Source: Vicugna vicugna
Lineage: Eukaryota
NCBI GenBank assembly: GCA_013265495.1
Contig: MU063155.1
Coordinates: forward strand, 62,001-126,000
Length of the DNA: 64,000 bases
Reading direction: 5' to 3'
Positions 48,031-62,062 of the stretch are shown piece after piece; within the stretch, counting starts at the first letter, position 1, and each line of letters starts with the position of its first letter. The translations under genes were made by a program, and so were the position numbers. The notes beneath the pieces are model-generated. The model was given only the letters and a program-made list of their open reading frames with translations, ran no database searches and was not told the origin of the DNA.

Positions 48031-48049
48031 CAGTGCCCCCTGGTAGCCC
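48031..48049 (-). promoter_or_regulatory. Candidate CTCF site
   Basis: Minus strand GGGCTACCAGGGGGCACTG matches 11 of 12 positions of the CCASYAGRKGGC core. Confidence 0.55.
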
Positions 48050-51000
48050 TGGGAAGCCTCCTAGGAGGGGGTTTACCAGGCCAAGGAACAGCTCAGTCCT
48101 GAGTATGTATTAACCCCCTCCACCACCACCATTCACATGTTACCTAACTGGGTGGACTGTTCACATTGCAGTCCCCTTGGGGTGCCCCTCAGAGGTATGC
48201 AGCACAGGACACCTTCACCTTTTTTTTTTTTTTAATCAGTTTCAGATAAAATTCTTAGAGTTTGCTAGGCTGCTTTCCCTGCAGTTTGCCTGGGAAACTT
48301 GGCTTTAAAATGAAGAGAGTGATGTGGGATCTTAGGAGACATTTCTTAAAATAACTGGTGTGCTAAGCAGCTTCCCTCAGTAAGTTCTGAGCCCCTCAGG
48401 AGCAGAATGTGATGGCTTTGCTGTTTTGTAAAAGTCCAGAACAGCAACAACAGCACACACATGCACTCATACTCACTCCCTCACTCTTTTTCTCTCTACC
48501 TCTCCCCCACCTCCCATCCCCGCTGACTCTCTCTCATCAGCCTGGTCCATCTAGGAGTGAAGAACTTTGCACATTAGGGAACAAGTAATCCCCTAGATTT
48601 GGGGCAGGATGCCTAAAGGGTTTGTACGTGTCATCTTAGTTTTCAGTATCTCATCAGTAAGTCCAAGGTCCCTTTAAAGTCAGCAGACATGCTTCTTGGC
48701 CAGCCACCCACAAAGGCCACAGGGTCAGGTGCTTTGGGCGGAATTCCCCGGCTGTGCCAGCTGGAGCCAGTGGGTTTCTTCTAATAGAGAGTGACGGTGT
48801 TAGACACGCCGACACTGAGAGCCAGGCATTTTCCACCAGCTCTACCTTCTGACAGCTGAGAAAATGACGGGCAATCCTGGCTCAAGAGGGGTTGTCCAGG
48901 TAGCACAGAAGGTCTTGTGAGAGCTTGTCTTGTGGGACTCTAAGGTGCCTGATTAATGCGTCATAAGTCACTGTCACCGTCCTCTCCTTAAACCGAGGGG
49001 CATTCTCACTGTTACTCTTATTTTCCGCTCGGAGCAAAGCCTGTCCAGACTTTGGACAGCTGAAGTCTGGAAATAAATGTAGTTTAATCCTCATTTCCCA
49101 AGCTCATGAAATCCCAGGGTTACATCTACTTTTTGGCTGATTTCCTCTCTCTTCTCATGATGCAGTCGGACCTTTAGACAATACGAGACCAGGGACACTG
49201 ACTTCTAGAAGCAAAAAGCATTCCCCGCTTGCACAGATACTTGGTTTCTGATGGCTGGCATAGGCTCTGTTTTTCCCGTGGGGTCCAGCTGTTCCATCGC
49301 TTTTGAAGACACTGCTCTCTGGTGCACCAGTGCATGGAATGGCCCGGGCTGTCACTAGGCCGGATGGGTTGCTGGAGACTTGGGTTAATTTTAATAATCA
49401 AGTGCCATCCAGGCCTGCAAGCCAGGGGGTAAAAGTCAATGGATAAGAAGCATTGCTGGGCCCCTTAGGCCCCTTTGGGGCAGGAGGCAGCTGTCTGGGC
49501 TAAAACAATCCAAGGCTCTAATCAGCCACTTCTAATGGTTCATAATGGCTCCACCTGGACCCTGTGCATTTCACTGCGATGGGCTTGTCAGAACCAGGTC
49601 GTAGTTTGCAGTCAGGCTCCTGGCACGGTGGTCTGGCTTAAAGCCAAGCCAGATCTTGTGTACCTTGGCTGATTTCCTGTCCTTGGCTGCCATTATATCG
49701 CTTCTCGGAATACTGCGTGTGAGTTCTGATTAGATGCTAAAAAAAGTTAAGGAATTGGGTAAAGAACGTGGGCCCATGATCTCAACAAGGTCTAAAAAGG
49801 ACTGTGCAGTATTTTCATTTGTAGTGCAAAGGAACTGCTGTTGTTCCTTTCCCCAAAGAATGTGTAAAAAAAACCTTTTAAAATAGCTCCCTTTACAGAT
49901 ACAATCAATTCAGTTAATAGGCTTGATTTAAAATGTAGCCTCAAATGTTTGCCTTTAAAAAATTAAATGTTCTAAATGCTGTTACAATGGCCATTTTATT
50001 AATAAGGACAAGCCCCTCCCTTGGGAGCTCACAGACCTGGGCTGTTGTGTGAGTCTCTTATTAAATTCCACAGGGCTGGTGTGTGGGTGTGTGTGTGAAT
50101 GACCGACTCGCTTCACTTCACGATGCCTTGCTCAGCTGTTCTCCGCTGCCCAGGTTTTCTAGTTATCACCACTGAATGCTTTGTTCTCGCCTCACTCATC
50201 AGTGGAAAAGCATTTGGATGTGTGGGTGTCATCAAGATTCTCCCCTGGGTGTCTGTCAGGATCCATTCCTTGTGGACATGCCATGGTGGTTTTGAGAGAG
50301 CTGATGGTTGCTGCTGTCCACCTTCATTCCACACATCCTGCCTCTACCCCAAATCCACAAAACACATGTGGAGAAATGTCTTAAAGCTTCTTACAGAAAT
50401 GTCTTCTGAGGTTTTACACCTTCTTTTTTTTTTAAACTATTTCATATTGTGGTATTATTTCCTTGAGTCAGAGGTATGAAAACTTACAGCTCTGAGCTAA
50501 AAGGTGCTGTGTACTGGGATGTTTACACCATACTTCATGTGCCCCCGAGTCCTTGAGGTCGTATCACATGCTTCCTGTCTCAATCTAGTGCCATGACTGG
50601 TTTCTTAACTGTATGGAGAGTTAGGACCCTCCTTTGGTCAAATCATTGCCGCCCCTTCCCCTAGCCACCAAGTTAAACATTTCTGACCTTTGACGGGATG
50701 AGGAGGGTCTGTGTCTCTGCCAGTGCCTAACAGAGCGGGTACATAGGTAGGTTGACAGGTTTAGAGTCCTGTTCACTTACCTTGAGCTTCTGGGGCTGAA
50801 ACTTTGGAAGCACGAATCCTAATTTGCAAGCTGGTCTCACATGTCTTCTGTGGCTGTCCATTTGGACAACTTGATTTTAGCCCTTGATCCATCCTGGCAG
50901 CTGTGTGCAAGAGTCTCTGACCAGCACACCTCCACCTCCATCACAACAAGCTCAGAAACCTCTTTAGAAGCCATGTTTTGGCACTGTGGTGAGAGGTTTC

Positions 51001-51719
51001 AAAGACAGGCCTGCACCTGGACCCTTCATCTACCTCCGACTTCATAAAACAGAAGCACACCCATTTCTTCTTACCCCAGTGTCACTGGGCCACCTAGAGA
51101 CACCCCTGCCCTCACCCACTGGGCACCTTCTGGCTAAATGCAGTGAGTTGGTATAGCAGAAAGGAAATCCAACCAGGAAAGCATTGACAGACATGTGGAT
51201 TTTACTGATGGATGCAGAGGAGGAGTTATACATCCATCCAAAGTCCCCCTTACATGCCTCAGCCTTTTGCCCTCCTCTCTCCCCCTTCCACACTGGCTCC
51301 AGCCAAGCCCCTAAGGCCTCTCCCCCTGCATTTCTTCTCCCAGCACTTCAGAAACAAGCCCAGGCATTAGCCAAACTGAGACCATCTCGCTCTTCAAGCA
51401 TACTGGTGTGAGAAGCCCTCCATTTACCTCCAAGTGGTTTTCTAAGTAAATATTCCAAATTAAATCAAACCATTTCATGTCTGACTCCAACCCAGAGACT
51501 CTGATGGAGCAGAAAAGGGAGAATGACATTCCAGGAGAATCCACAGGTAGCTATTTGAGCCTCTCATGACTAGATTTTCCTTGACACGTTTACTGGAATC
51601 GACAGATTACTGTCAGATGCAGGCCTGCAAGAAGATCCCCTTTAGGTCTTGCTTTCTGGGGTGATATTACATGTTTTGTGTTCTTTGAGGGACATGAGTG
51701 AAGCTTATGGATAGGGTAG

Positions 51720-51941
<222 letters not shown>

Positions 51942-53757
51942 TAAGTATGTGACAGTGCTGGCGTTACCCCGACACCATTCAAAAATGATGTGAAGCCCCT
52001 CATTCATCATAATGATACTACTTACAGTACACAGGATGGAAACCATCAATGTCCAGTGAGGGAGGGCTGTTAAATTACAGCAGATCAGCTTTACTGGCAT
52101 AGCAAGGCATCATTTGATGTTGTAATAAGGAAGTCTATATGGCAACAGAGAGCATAACAGTGTAATAATCAAAGAAAATGCAAATCTTGTCTATCTTAAT
52201 GGCAACAATGAAGAAATTACAAAAATAAATAAAAAGAATTAAAGTATATGGGAACATGATTTGATGAAAGGATTGAGTATTTTTCTTTTTAAATTATTGT
52301 TTGTGCAATGGACAGTTTTTCAACACTTTCTAGTATGCATTACAGTGTATAATGTCTCCGAAACAAGTGCAGGAGACCTCAAATAAATGTGATAAATTTT
52401 TAAAAAATAATAATAATGACACCGCAGTAGCAGCGCCTTTCTGTGTCCCACGAGGACACAAGCAGGGTCCTCCTACATCTGTCGTCCACTTCTGCCCCTC
52501 CCTGCCACAGTGCTTGGTGCACATGGGGCAGGTAGCGCTGAGCCTCCGCATGTGAGAAAAGTGAGGCTCAGAGAGGCTAAGGGCCTTTCTCTGGGTCCCA
52601 CTGATGTTGAGGTGGAAAGCAGAAGTTTGGGTCCAGGTCTCTTAACTCCCAGTGCCAGGTAGTTTCCCCCGGCAGATAGCATGTCCTTGGTGCTGGCGTT
52701 AATGGACAGACCCCAGTGGTCACCCTGCACCAGTGGGTGGCAGCCTTGGCCTCTCAGCAGAATCACCTGTGGAGTTTTTAATACCACCAAGCCTGGGGCC
52801 TCACATGAGGCACTGAGTCAGCACCTGCTCCACATATCTGGACTTCCTGGAGATGGTGATGGGCAACCAAGGGCTGCAGCCTCAGTGGGACAGGGAGGAG
52901 GAAGGAGAGGAGAGGGACAGGCGTGTGAAGGGGGAGAGGGCGTCAGATTAGGAGCATCTGACCAGGTACCAATCAGTTGAGCCTCTTTGGATGGCCTGGC
53001 ACCCCTTTTCTAGCTCTGCCTCGCCCCTCCCTCAGGAATGTTCTTCTAATTAATCAAAGAAATCACATCTGAGTTAAAAACTTTGGGGGGAAAATATTTT
53101 GTTTCACCTTGTCACCTTTAAGATTGATTTGCATAAAGGTGTATTTCTCGAACATGTGCCCGACTTTGTGAATTCACTGAGTTGAGAACCTTCGCACTTC
53201 TGATTAGGTTGTTTTGTTGGGATGTTTGTTGAAAACTGTCATAAACAGCTTGACTTGCAGTGTGTCCCAGTTCACAGACATCAGCCAAGTAGCTCAGTAA
53301 ACTCACCTGTGTTGTCTTTTTAATTTTTACTGCTTCACGTAAAATGAAACAACCACCACCTCAAAGTGCAGATATTTTGTTCCTTGGTTTTTAAATTGGT
53401 GTCTGGAGAGAAATTAGCAGTGCATTCAGTGACCTGTATTAAGTTCTCTGGGAAGGAATAGAAGATGAGATTTTCTTTCAAAAAGGAACTATTCTTTCCC
53501 CTACAACTGCCCTTTCTTGGCAAGTAGTTCAGATTTAAGGTTTCTGACATTCTTTGGGGGAATAGATATGATATAAATAATAAATAAACAAGTATCTAGT
53601 TTATTTCATTAGTTTCCTTGAAGAAGAGGAAGTTTATTTGAGAGTTATGTGCTCCTACAGTGAAAGTCAAATTGGGGTATGTCTGACTGTCTGTCCTTAG
53701 TTAATTTTAGTACCTGAGTTGAAATTTGATGAGGCAGAGCCATACTGGGAGGGCTGA

Positions 53758-53967
<210 letters not shown>

Positions 53968-54559
53968 TAGCTGCCTGGTTGAAAAGGGGGGGAAAGAGAT
54001 ACTTGAGGTTTTGAAGTGGGCCACACAGTCTACCCAAAGCAGTTTTGCTTGTGCAGTGAATTACCTGAAGCTTTGCAACTCTTACTCTTGCTAATTTTAC
54101 AGACTTGGTTGAATTGTGACTGTTGTAACTAGTGATAACATCTGAAGGTTCCAACCTTAAACTAACCTAATTGGCCAGCGGGTATGAGTCAGTGGAGATG
54201 CATATGGAAAACCCAAGGTTTTCAAATGTGTTAAGGGACTTGTTGGCGTGGGGGTGGGGGAGGAGCAAGTTGGCTTTTCTCAGTGGTGTTCTCACAGATC
54301 AAGTTACCATGGAGGCCACAAGAAGAGGGAGCAAAAGCTCATCCATGTAAGTGTTGCCAGAAAGGTTGCTTTGCTGTGTTTTCATTTCTTACACCAGTAC
54401 GGCACTCACCTCACATGCCATCCAGCTGCATCCTCTCAGCTTCTCCAGGAGGGAGATACTGAGGAAACAGGCTCAGAGAGTGGAGGGACTTGCCCAGCAT
54501 CACACACCTGGCGGGCAGCAGGGCCAGGGCATCAGACTCAGGTTGAATTTAAACCTGGC

Positions 54560-56480
54560 CTTCTTTGTTTTGTTTTGCTTTCTGTTAATAAGGTGTTTTT
54601 TCAGATTCCAACTTCCATATTTCTTATTAGGGAATTCTTTCTATGGAGAGAGAAGTATTGACTATCATGGAACCCATGTGCCAACCACCAGGATTTAAGA
54701 GCTAACACTTTTGCCATGTTTACGTTATGTGTCCTTTTTAGAACTTTTCAATTTTGAAGTCATTTCAGGATTACAGAGAAGTTGTAAAAATAGCACAGAG
54801 CACTCACCTAGCCTTCACCTGGATTCCCCAGTTGTCAGTATTTTACTGCAACTGTTTTTATCATTCTATGTAAACATTCTGTTCTATTCCCTGCATCCTT
54901 TGAAAATAAGTTACAGACTGGATTCCCCTTTACTCCTAAGTACTTCATCGTGTTTTTCCTAAAATCAAGAACATCCTCTTACATAACCTCAGTACAGTTA
55001 TTAAAATCAGGAAATTGACATTGATACAGTACTGCTGTCTAATCTGCAAACCATGTTCAAATTTTAACAATTATGCCAGTCATGTCTTTTATAATTCAGG
55101 AGCAGACCCAGGATCACATGTCAGTGAATTGTCTTGTCCCTCTAGTCCTTAGTTTGGAACAGTTTCTCAGCCTTTGTCTTTCATAGCATAGACATTTTCG
55201 AAAAGTGTAGGTCAGTTATTTTGTAAAATCTTCCTCAGTTTGAGTTTGTCTAGTGTTTCCTCATTATTGGATTCAAATTAAGCATTTTTGGCAGAAGTAC
55301 CCCAGGTATTGTGTCCTTCCCAGCTCGTTGTATCCAGAGACACAGGATGTTGATTTGTTTCATTATTAGTGAGGCTAACCATGATCATTTGGTTAAGGTA
55401 GTGTTGCAGGCCAGGATTCTCCTAAAGTTACTGTTTCTTTCTTTGTAAGTAATATGCATCTTATGAGAAGACATTTTGAGATTGTTATTGTCCTGTTTCT
55501 TTTAAACCTGTCTCCTGTTGGTTTCAGCATCCCTTCCTAAATCTTGCCAAGTCAGTTACAATCATGGGTACCAGAGTGATCTTCTAATGCCATTTTTCCT
55601 TCTGTGTTAGTACTTGGCATTCTGTTATAAGGAAGATCTGTTCCTTCTTCCTCATTTATTTATTCATTTATATCAGTATTGACTCATGAATTCTTATTTT
55701 ATCTACTAGGTTATATTCTATCACTGTAATTATTTTAAAGTTTAAATTGTTTCATGTTTGGCCAGTTGGAGCCCCTTTGAGCTAGTTCTTGTGGTTTTTT
55801 GTTGTTGTTGCTATGTCTGATGCATATTTTTTTTCCCAAAAAATAAAATATAGATCTGAATAAAGCCCCACCCCACTGCCATCCTTTCTCCTTTTCTCCC
55901 TTTTTAGAAGTAATCACAACCCTGTAGTGGATGCATGTCATTCCCAAATATTTTTGTGTTTTGCTACACGTGTGCCCCTAGGTAGTACATATATAGTTTA
56001 ATTTTGTATATGTTTTTAAAATTTGCACACATTGAATCATGAGATAGCTATCCTTTTGCAAATTGCTTTTTTTATTCCACACTATTTTTGAGATTTTTTA
56101 TCTGTGTTTGCACATGAGGTTCTATTGATGTGGAGCAGGACAGTGTGTAGTACACCTTCATTTACGTATTGTGTGTGGCTGCTTTCATGCTATGGTGGCA
56201 GAGATGAGTTGTTGTGTCAGAGCCCATAAGGCTTGTGAACACAAAATATTCACTGTCTGGCCCCTTACATTAAAGATTGTCGACCCATGGCATGGAATAT
56301 TCCATTGTGTGAATAAATAGTATTTGTTGCCCTAGCTGTGTGGAGTTCATCTGGTTCTGCTTTTTCCACCACAGAAATGCTGCCAAGAGCATCCCCACAC
56401 GTCTCCTTTATGCACAGACTTGACTGCCTTTCAGGTTGATACTAAGAAATGCAGTTGCTGGGTTGTGGAGATGAACAAGG
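54560..56480 (-). mobile_element. Old L1M segments with a nested MER58-like element (about 56150-56290)
   Basis: tttaattttgaagtcatttcaggattacagagaagttgtaaaaatagcacagag...; MER58 phrase ggcagagatgagttgttgtgtcagagccc...aaaatattcactgtctggcccc. Confidence 0.6.
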
Positions 56481-57012
56481 TTTAAAATGCAATAATTATA
56501 GATTAAGGATGAGATTCTGGTCAAGTAAAAGTGCGTTTCATTTAGTGTCTGGTGCCATCAAGTAGAACTCTCTGCAGTGAGGGAAATGTCTAGTGCAGGT
56601 GCATGAACCAGAAGAGGTCTTCCAGCCACACCACAACGTGTAACATAATGTAAAGCAGTGACCTCGAGGCCCAGGGCACGGCATGACCTTTATTTACCAG
56701 ACTGACTGCTGCTGGTTCCTCACTAGTAGACTAGTTATGACTGATATTGAAGGTTCTAGGAAAACTTAAACCAAAAATGGGAAACACTTTATTCACTTCA
56801 TTCTTTTTTGGCTGCGGGAACAAAGCATCAGCGGCAGAGTCCAGCTGCCACGACCAACCTGAATGTGTGCTTTGCTGGAAATTGTTGGCCTTTGCCTTCT
56901 TGCTGTACCTGGGAGTGCAACATGTGGTTGCTTAGTGACAACCAAGGCCTTCCTGAGTGTGTGTGTGTGTTTCCTGCTCTGATGCAGGCATGTCTGTTCT
57001 GTGGCCCCACAG

Positions 57013-57103
57013 GAGGACATTGGGCACTGGCTCTTCTGCTTACCTATGGAGACCCCCCAGCCGAAGCTCCAGCATGAGCAGTTTGGTGAGCAGCTACCTG
57101 CAG
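57013..57103 (+). CDS. FYCO1: FYCO1 exon 7 ([31 protein letters not shown])
   Basis: 91 nt, cacag/gtaatg boundaries. Cumulative CDS is 630 nt, phase 0. Confidence 0.96.
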
Positions 57104-57339
57104 GTAATGCCGGGAGGGCTGGGAACTCCCTCACAGTCACGTCAACTGGGGCATGTCCTTGCCTCTCCCAACTCAGGGTCATGTTCTCAGACTCCTGGTG
57201 TTGCGACCCCAGAAGTACAACACCTCAGTACTACCCACTGTTTTCTGGGGGTAGTCTGGGTTTTTACAACCAAAAGGAACGTAGGCCTTTTAAATGTTAA
57301 ATTCTTTTTAATTCTTGAGGTGTTTTAAAAGAAGCAGTT

Positions 57340-57550
57340 TAGCACTATGGTTAAAAGCAGCAAAATCAAATCCTGACTCTGTTACCCGCCACCTGTGTGA
57401 CCCTGGGAAGGTGACTTCAGCTCTCCCATCCATAAAATGGGGGTCATATTAGTCATTCCAACTTGTAAGGCGGGTGTAAGGAGTAAACGAGGCTACACAC
57501 ATACAATGCTCAAGGGCTTGGTATAGGCTAGTGCTCAGTAAATGTTAGTG
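57340..57550 (+). mobile_element. MIR
   Basis: tagcactatggttaaaagc...caaatcctgactctg...ctgtgtgaccctgggaaggtgacttcagctctc...ataaaatggggg...gtgctcagtaaatgttag. Confidence 0.75.
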
Positions 57551-58056
57551 GGCAGGGTAAGTTTTATTAATCTTGTTAGAAATGTAAATGTATCCTATAG
57601 TTTAATAGGAAAGAATACTGAAATTAATCAGCAAAATGAAATAAAAGTAATCAACTTAAGAAGCATAAAGAGTAGAGGATACACTAACTTTTTACCCTAT
57701 TTTGTGGTTTAATCACAGCGGGAATTGTGGGTATGGTGCAGTAGGTGAACAGTAATTTACTATAAATTCATTTCTCTAAGAGCCAGCATCCCTTATGGTA
57801 CCAATAGCGGAGGCTGGATGGGAAATGCAAGTTCTGAGTCTCAGTGGAACTTATGCATGTGGCGTCATGTTTCTAGGGTGTGCTGTTGAGTGATGCTTTG
57901 AGCGAAGATGTTCTAGTCCTTTGAATAGCTCAGTGGACTAACCTTAGGTCATGTAATTGCTGTGTTTTTACTTCTGTTCTCATTAAACTCTAACGCTTTG
58001 CCAAGCAGCCATGTAGCTTCATCCCTAAGCCACCTGTTTTTGTTTTTCTTCCCCAG

Positions 58057-60468
58057 ACTCAGGAGATGACCTCCAACCTTGACCTGAGCAACCCCTTAAA
58101 CAATGAGGCCCTGGAGGGCTTTGACGATATGCGGCTGGAGCTGGACCAGCTGGAGGTGCGGGAGAAGCAGCTGCAGGAGCGGATGCAGCAGCTGGACAGA
58201 GAGAACCAGGAGCTGAGGGCGGCTGTCAGCCTGCAAGGAGAGCAGCTGCAGGTGGAGAAGGACAGGGGTCGCGCTGCCGCTGAGGACAACCTGCGCCTCG
58301 CTGGCATGGTGGCCGCGCTCCAGAAGCAGTGGGAGGTCACCCAGGCCACAGAGAACACTGTGAAGGAGCTGCAGACGTGCCTGCAGGCCCTGGGGCTGGG
58401 TGCCGCTGAGAAGGAGGAGGATTACCACTCTGCCCTGCAGCGGCTGGAGTGCATGCTGCAACCACTGGCTTGGGAGCTCAAGGCCACACGGGACTCCCTG
58501 GGCAGTAAGGAGCAGCACTCAGCTGATGTCCCAGACCAGCTGGGTGTGGCCAAGCAGAAGGCAGACACAAACGCAGAGGGAAAGCAAGAGCATGGCCCCA
58601 ATGACTTGGCCCTGGAGATCCAGAAGCTGGGGGAGAAGCTCCAGGCCCTCGAAGGGGAGCACACCCAAGTCCAGGAGCTCAGCAGGCAGCAGAGTGCCCA
58701 GCTGGAGCAGCTGACCAAGGAGCTGCAGCTGAAGGAGGAGGCCCGGGCCAGCCTGGAGCGCCTGGTGGAGGAGATGGCCCCACTCCGGGAAGAGTTGTCC
58801 CTGAAGGGGCAGGAGGCAGCCCAGCTCCATTGCCAGCTACAGGAGTCGCTGGCCCGCTTGAGCTTCCTGGAGGAAGAGCTTGCGGAGGTGAGGCGAGAGG
58901 AGCAGCGGCAGCAGGAGGAGAAGGAGCTACTGGAACAGGAGGCTGGATCCCTGACACGGCAGCTGCAGCTCCTGGAGACCCAGCTGACACAGGTGAGCCA
59001 GCATGTGAGTGACCTGGAGGAGCAAAAGAAGCAGCTCATTCAGGACAAAGACCACCTCAGCCAGAAGGTGGGGATGCTGGAGCGACTTGCTGTGCAGCCA
59101 GGCCCAGATCTGCCTGTGGCGGGTGAGAAGAGTGAGACTCTGAGCTCCCCCTTGCAGCGGGCCTGCGAGAAGCTGGAGGAGGATCAGAGGGGCCTGCAGG
59201 AGGGACAGACAGATGATCTCAAGATGCAAGGGGGCAGCCAGGAGGAGAGGCTCCAACAGGCCAACAGAGAGCTGGAGAAGGAGCTGCAGAGTGTGGTTGA
59301 GCGCAACCAGCTGTTGGAGGATAAGCTTCAGGCCCTGCAGGCTGATTACCAAGCTCTGCAGCAGCGGGAGGCAGCCATCCAGGGCTCCCTGACCTCTCTG
59401 GAGTCAGAGCAGGCCAGCATCCGGCACATGGGAGACCAGATGGAGGCGAGCCTCCTGGCTGTGAAGAAGGCCAAGGAGACCATGAGGGCCCACATAGCAG
59501 AGAAGGAGGCTGCCCTGCAAAGCAAAGAGGCCGAGTGCCAGCAACTGCGGGAGCAGATGGAGCAGTGCCGGCAGCTGGCAGAGGCCCGGGCAGGGGAGCT
59601 CAGAGCTCTTGAAGGCCAGTGCCACCAGCAGACCCACCTGATCGAGACCCTCACAGCAGACAAAGGCCACCAGGGGCTCAGCCCACCTCAAGACCACACA
59701 CCCCAGGAGCTCTCAGCCCAGCTGGCCCTGTCTCAGGTGCAGCTGGAGATCCATCAGGGAGAGGCCCAGCGACTGCAGGTGGGGATGGTGGACCTCCAGG
59801 CCAAGCTGAAGGCAGCCCTAGGGGACCAGGAGAAGGTGCAGAGCCAGTTGAGTGTGACCGAGGCCGCTCTGAGGGAGCACAAGGCCCTTGTGCAGCAACT
59901 GAAGGAGCAGAATGAAGCCCTCAACAGGGCCCATGTCCAAGAACTACTGCAGTGCTCAGAGCGCGAAGGGACACTACAGGAGGAGAGGACTGGCGAGGCC
60001 CAGTGGAGGGAGGAGGAACTCCAAGCCCTGCGGGAAGAGCTGTGCCACGCAAAATGCAGCTCGGAGGAGGCCCAGCTGGAACACGCGGAGCTGCAGGAGC
60101 AGCTGCACCGGGCCAACACCGACACGGCCGAGCTCGGCATCCAGGTCTGTGTGCTGACTGCGGAGAAAGAGCGGATGGAAGGGGCGCTGGCTCATGCTGT
60201 CCAGGAGCTTCAGGATGCCAAGGAGGCAGCCTCCAGGGAGCGGGAGGGCCTGGAACACCAAGTGACAGAGCTGCAGCAAGAGAAGGAGAGCTTGCAGGAG
60301 AAGCTGAAGGTGGCCAAGGAGGCAGCCAGCTCACTGCCTGGCCTGCAGGCACAGCTGGCCCAGACCGAGCAGCAGGCCCAGAGCCTCCGGGAGACTGCAT
60401 GCCAGGAGCTTGACACCCTCAAGTTCCAGCTGAGCACCGAGATCATGGACTACCAGAGCAAACTCAAG
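58057..60468 (+). CDS. FYCO1: FYCO1 exon 8, giant coiled-coil exon (2412 nt, 804 codons)
   Basis: ccccag|ACTCAGGAGATG to CTCAAG|gtaacc. E/Q/L-rich heptad sequence collinear with human FYCO1 (TQEM...[10 protein letters not shown]). Confidence 0.98.
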
Positions 60469-60923
60469 GTAACCGTCACCTTGATCCTCTGAGCTGCTCC
60501 AGTCTCCCATGGCAGGGCTGGTGGGTCCCCAAGTGGATGGGATGCACCTTCAGCCATGTGGCACATGAGGGACCAAGAATGTTCTGTGGGGGCCCAGGCC
60601 AATATGGGCTTGTCCTGCTGTCTTAGTTTACAGCGTCCTTCTCCCTGCAGGAACAGGTTAGGGACACAGCGCTGGGGAGGGCTGCTTAACCCACAAGCCT
60701 AAACTCAGGCCATCACAGACAAGTTTGTCCCACACGGAATTTTTTTCTTAATTACTAGCCAACATTTTCAGTATCAGGATGTTTACAAATTTAGTTTTGG
60801 TGGTGCTTTTGAAATCTTGGAAGATCTCACAGCCTGTGCCCTGATTTCTACATGGCAGCAGTCAGCAAGAGCTGGGTGGGGGCTACCCACTTTAAAGGAG
60901 GCACGCATCCTCTAGTGTTTTCT

Positions 60924-62062
60924 TTTTTCTTTTTTTTTTTTTGACATTTTGTATTGATTTATAATCATTTTACAATGTTGTATCAGATTCCCGTGTAGAG
61001 CACAATTTTTCAGTTATACATGAACATATATATATACATTGTCAGATTTTTTTCTCTTTGAGCTACCATAAGATCTTGTATATATTTCCCTGTGCTATAC
61101 AGTATAATCTTGTTTATCTGTTCTACATTTTTGAAATCCCAGTCTATCTCTTCCCACCCCCCACCCTCTTGGCAACTACAAGTTTGTATTTTATGTCTAT
61201 GAGTCTATTTCTGTTTTATATTTATGCTTTGGCTTTGTTTGTTTGTTTGTTTGTTTTTAGATTCCACATATGAGCGATCTCATATGGTATTTTTCTTTCT
61301 CTTTCTGGCTTACTTCACTTAGCATGNNNNNNNNNNNNNNNNNNNNNNNNNNNNNNNNNNNNNNNNNNNNNNNNNNNNNNNNNNNNNNNNNNNNNNNNNN
61401 NNNNNNNNNNNNNNNNNNNNNNNNNNNNNNNNNNNNNNNNNNNNNNNNNNNNNNNNNNNNNNNNNNNNNNNNNNNNNNNNNNNNNNNNNNNNNNNNNNNN
61501 NNNNNNNNGGTGTCATTTTGAAGTAGGGTTCCTTCTGGATATATGCCCAGGAGCAGGATTCCTGGGTCATACGGTTAAGTCTATTCCTAGTTTTTTGAGG
61601 AATCTCCATACTGTTTTCCACAGTGGCTGTACCAAACTGCATTCCCCCCAGCAGTGAAGGAGNNNNNNNNNNNNNNNNNNNNNNNNNNNNNNNNNNNNNN
61701 NNNNNNNNNNNNNNNNNNNNNNNNNNNNNNNNNNNNNNNNNNNNNNNNNNNNNNNNNNNNNNNNNNNNNNNNNNNNNNNNNNNNNNNNNNNNNNNNNNNN
61801 NNNNNNNNNNNNNNNNNNNNNNNNNNNNNNTTCCTTGGAGAATTGCTTGTTTAGGTCTTCTGCCCATTTTTGGATTGGGTTGTTTGGTTTTTTCTTACTA
61901 AGTCGTATAAGCTGCTTATATATTCTGGAGATCAAGCCTTTTTCGGTTTCATTTGCAAAAATTTTTTCCCATTTCGGAGGTTGTCTTTTTGTTTTACTTA
62001 TAGTTTCCTTTGCAATGCAGAAGCTTGTAAGTTTCATTAGGTCCCATTTGTTTATTCTTGCT
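60924..62062 (-). mobile_element. 5'-truncated lineage-specific L1 (about 1.1 kb) in FYCO1 intron 8; contains gaps N 61327-61508 and N 61663-61830
   Basis: Poly-T tail at left. ORF2 C-terminal peptide [28 protein letters not shown]...[13 protein letters not shown]. 15-bp TSD TCCTCTAGT(G/A)TTTTC at 60908-60922 and 62063-62077. Confidence 0.9.

Noticed and set aside
58059-60446. Many antisense and alternative-frame ORFs over FYCO1 exon 8
   Set aside because: By-products of CAG/GAG/CTG-rich coiled-coil codons.
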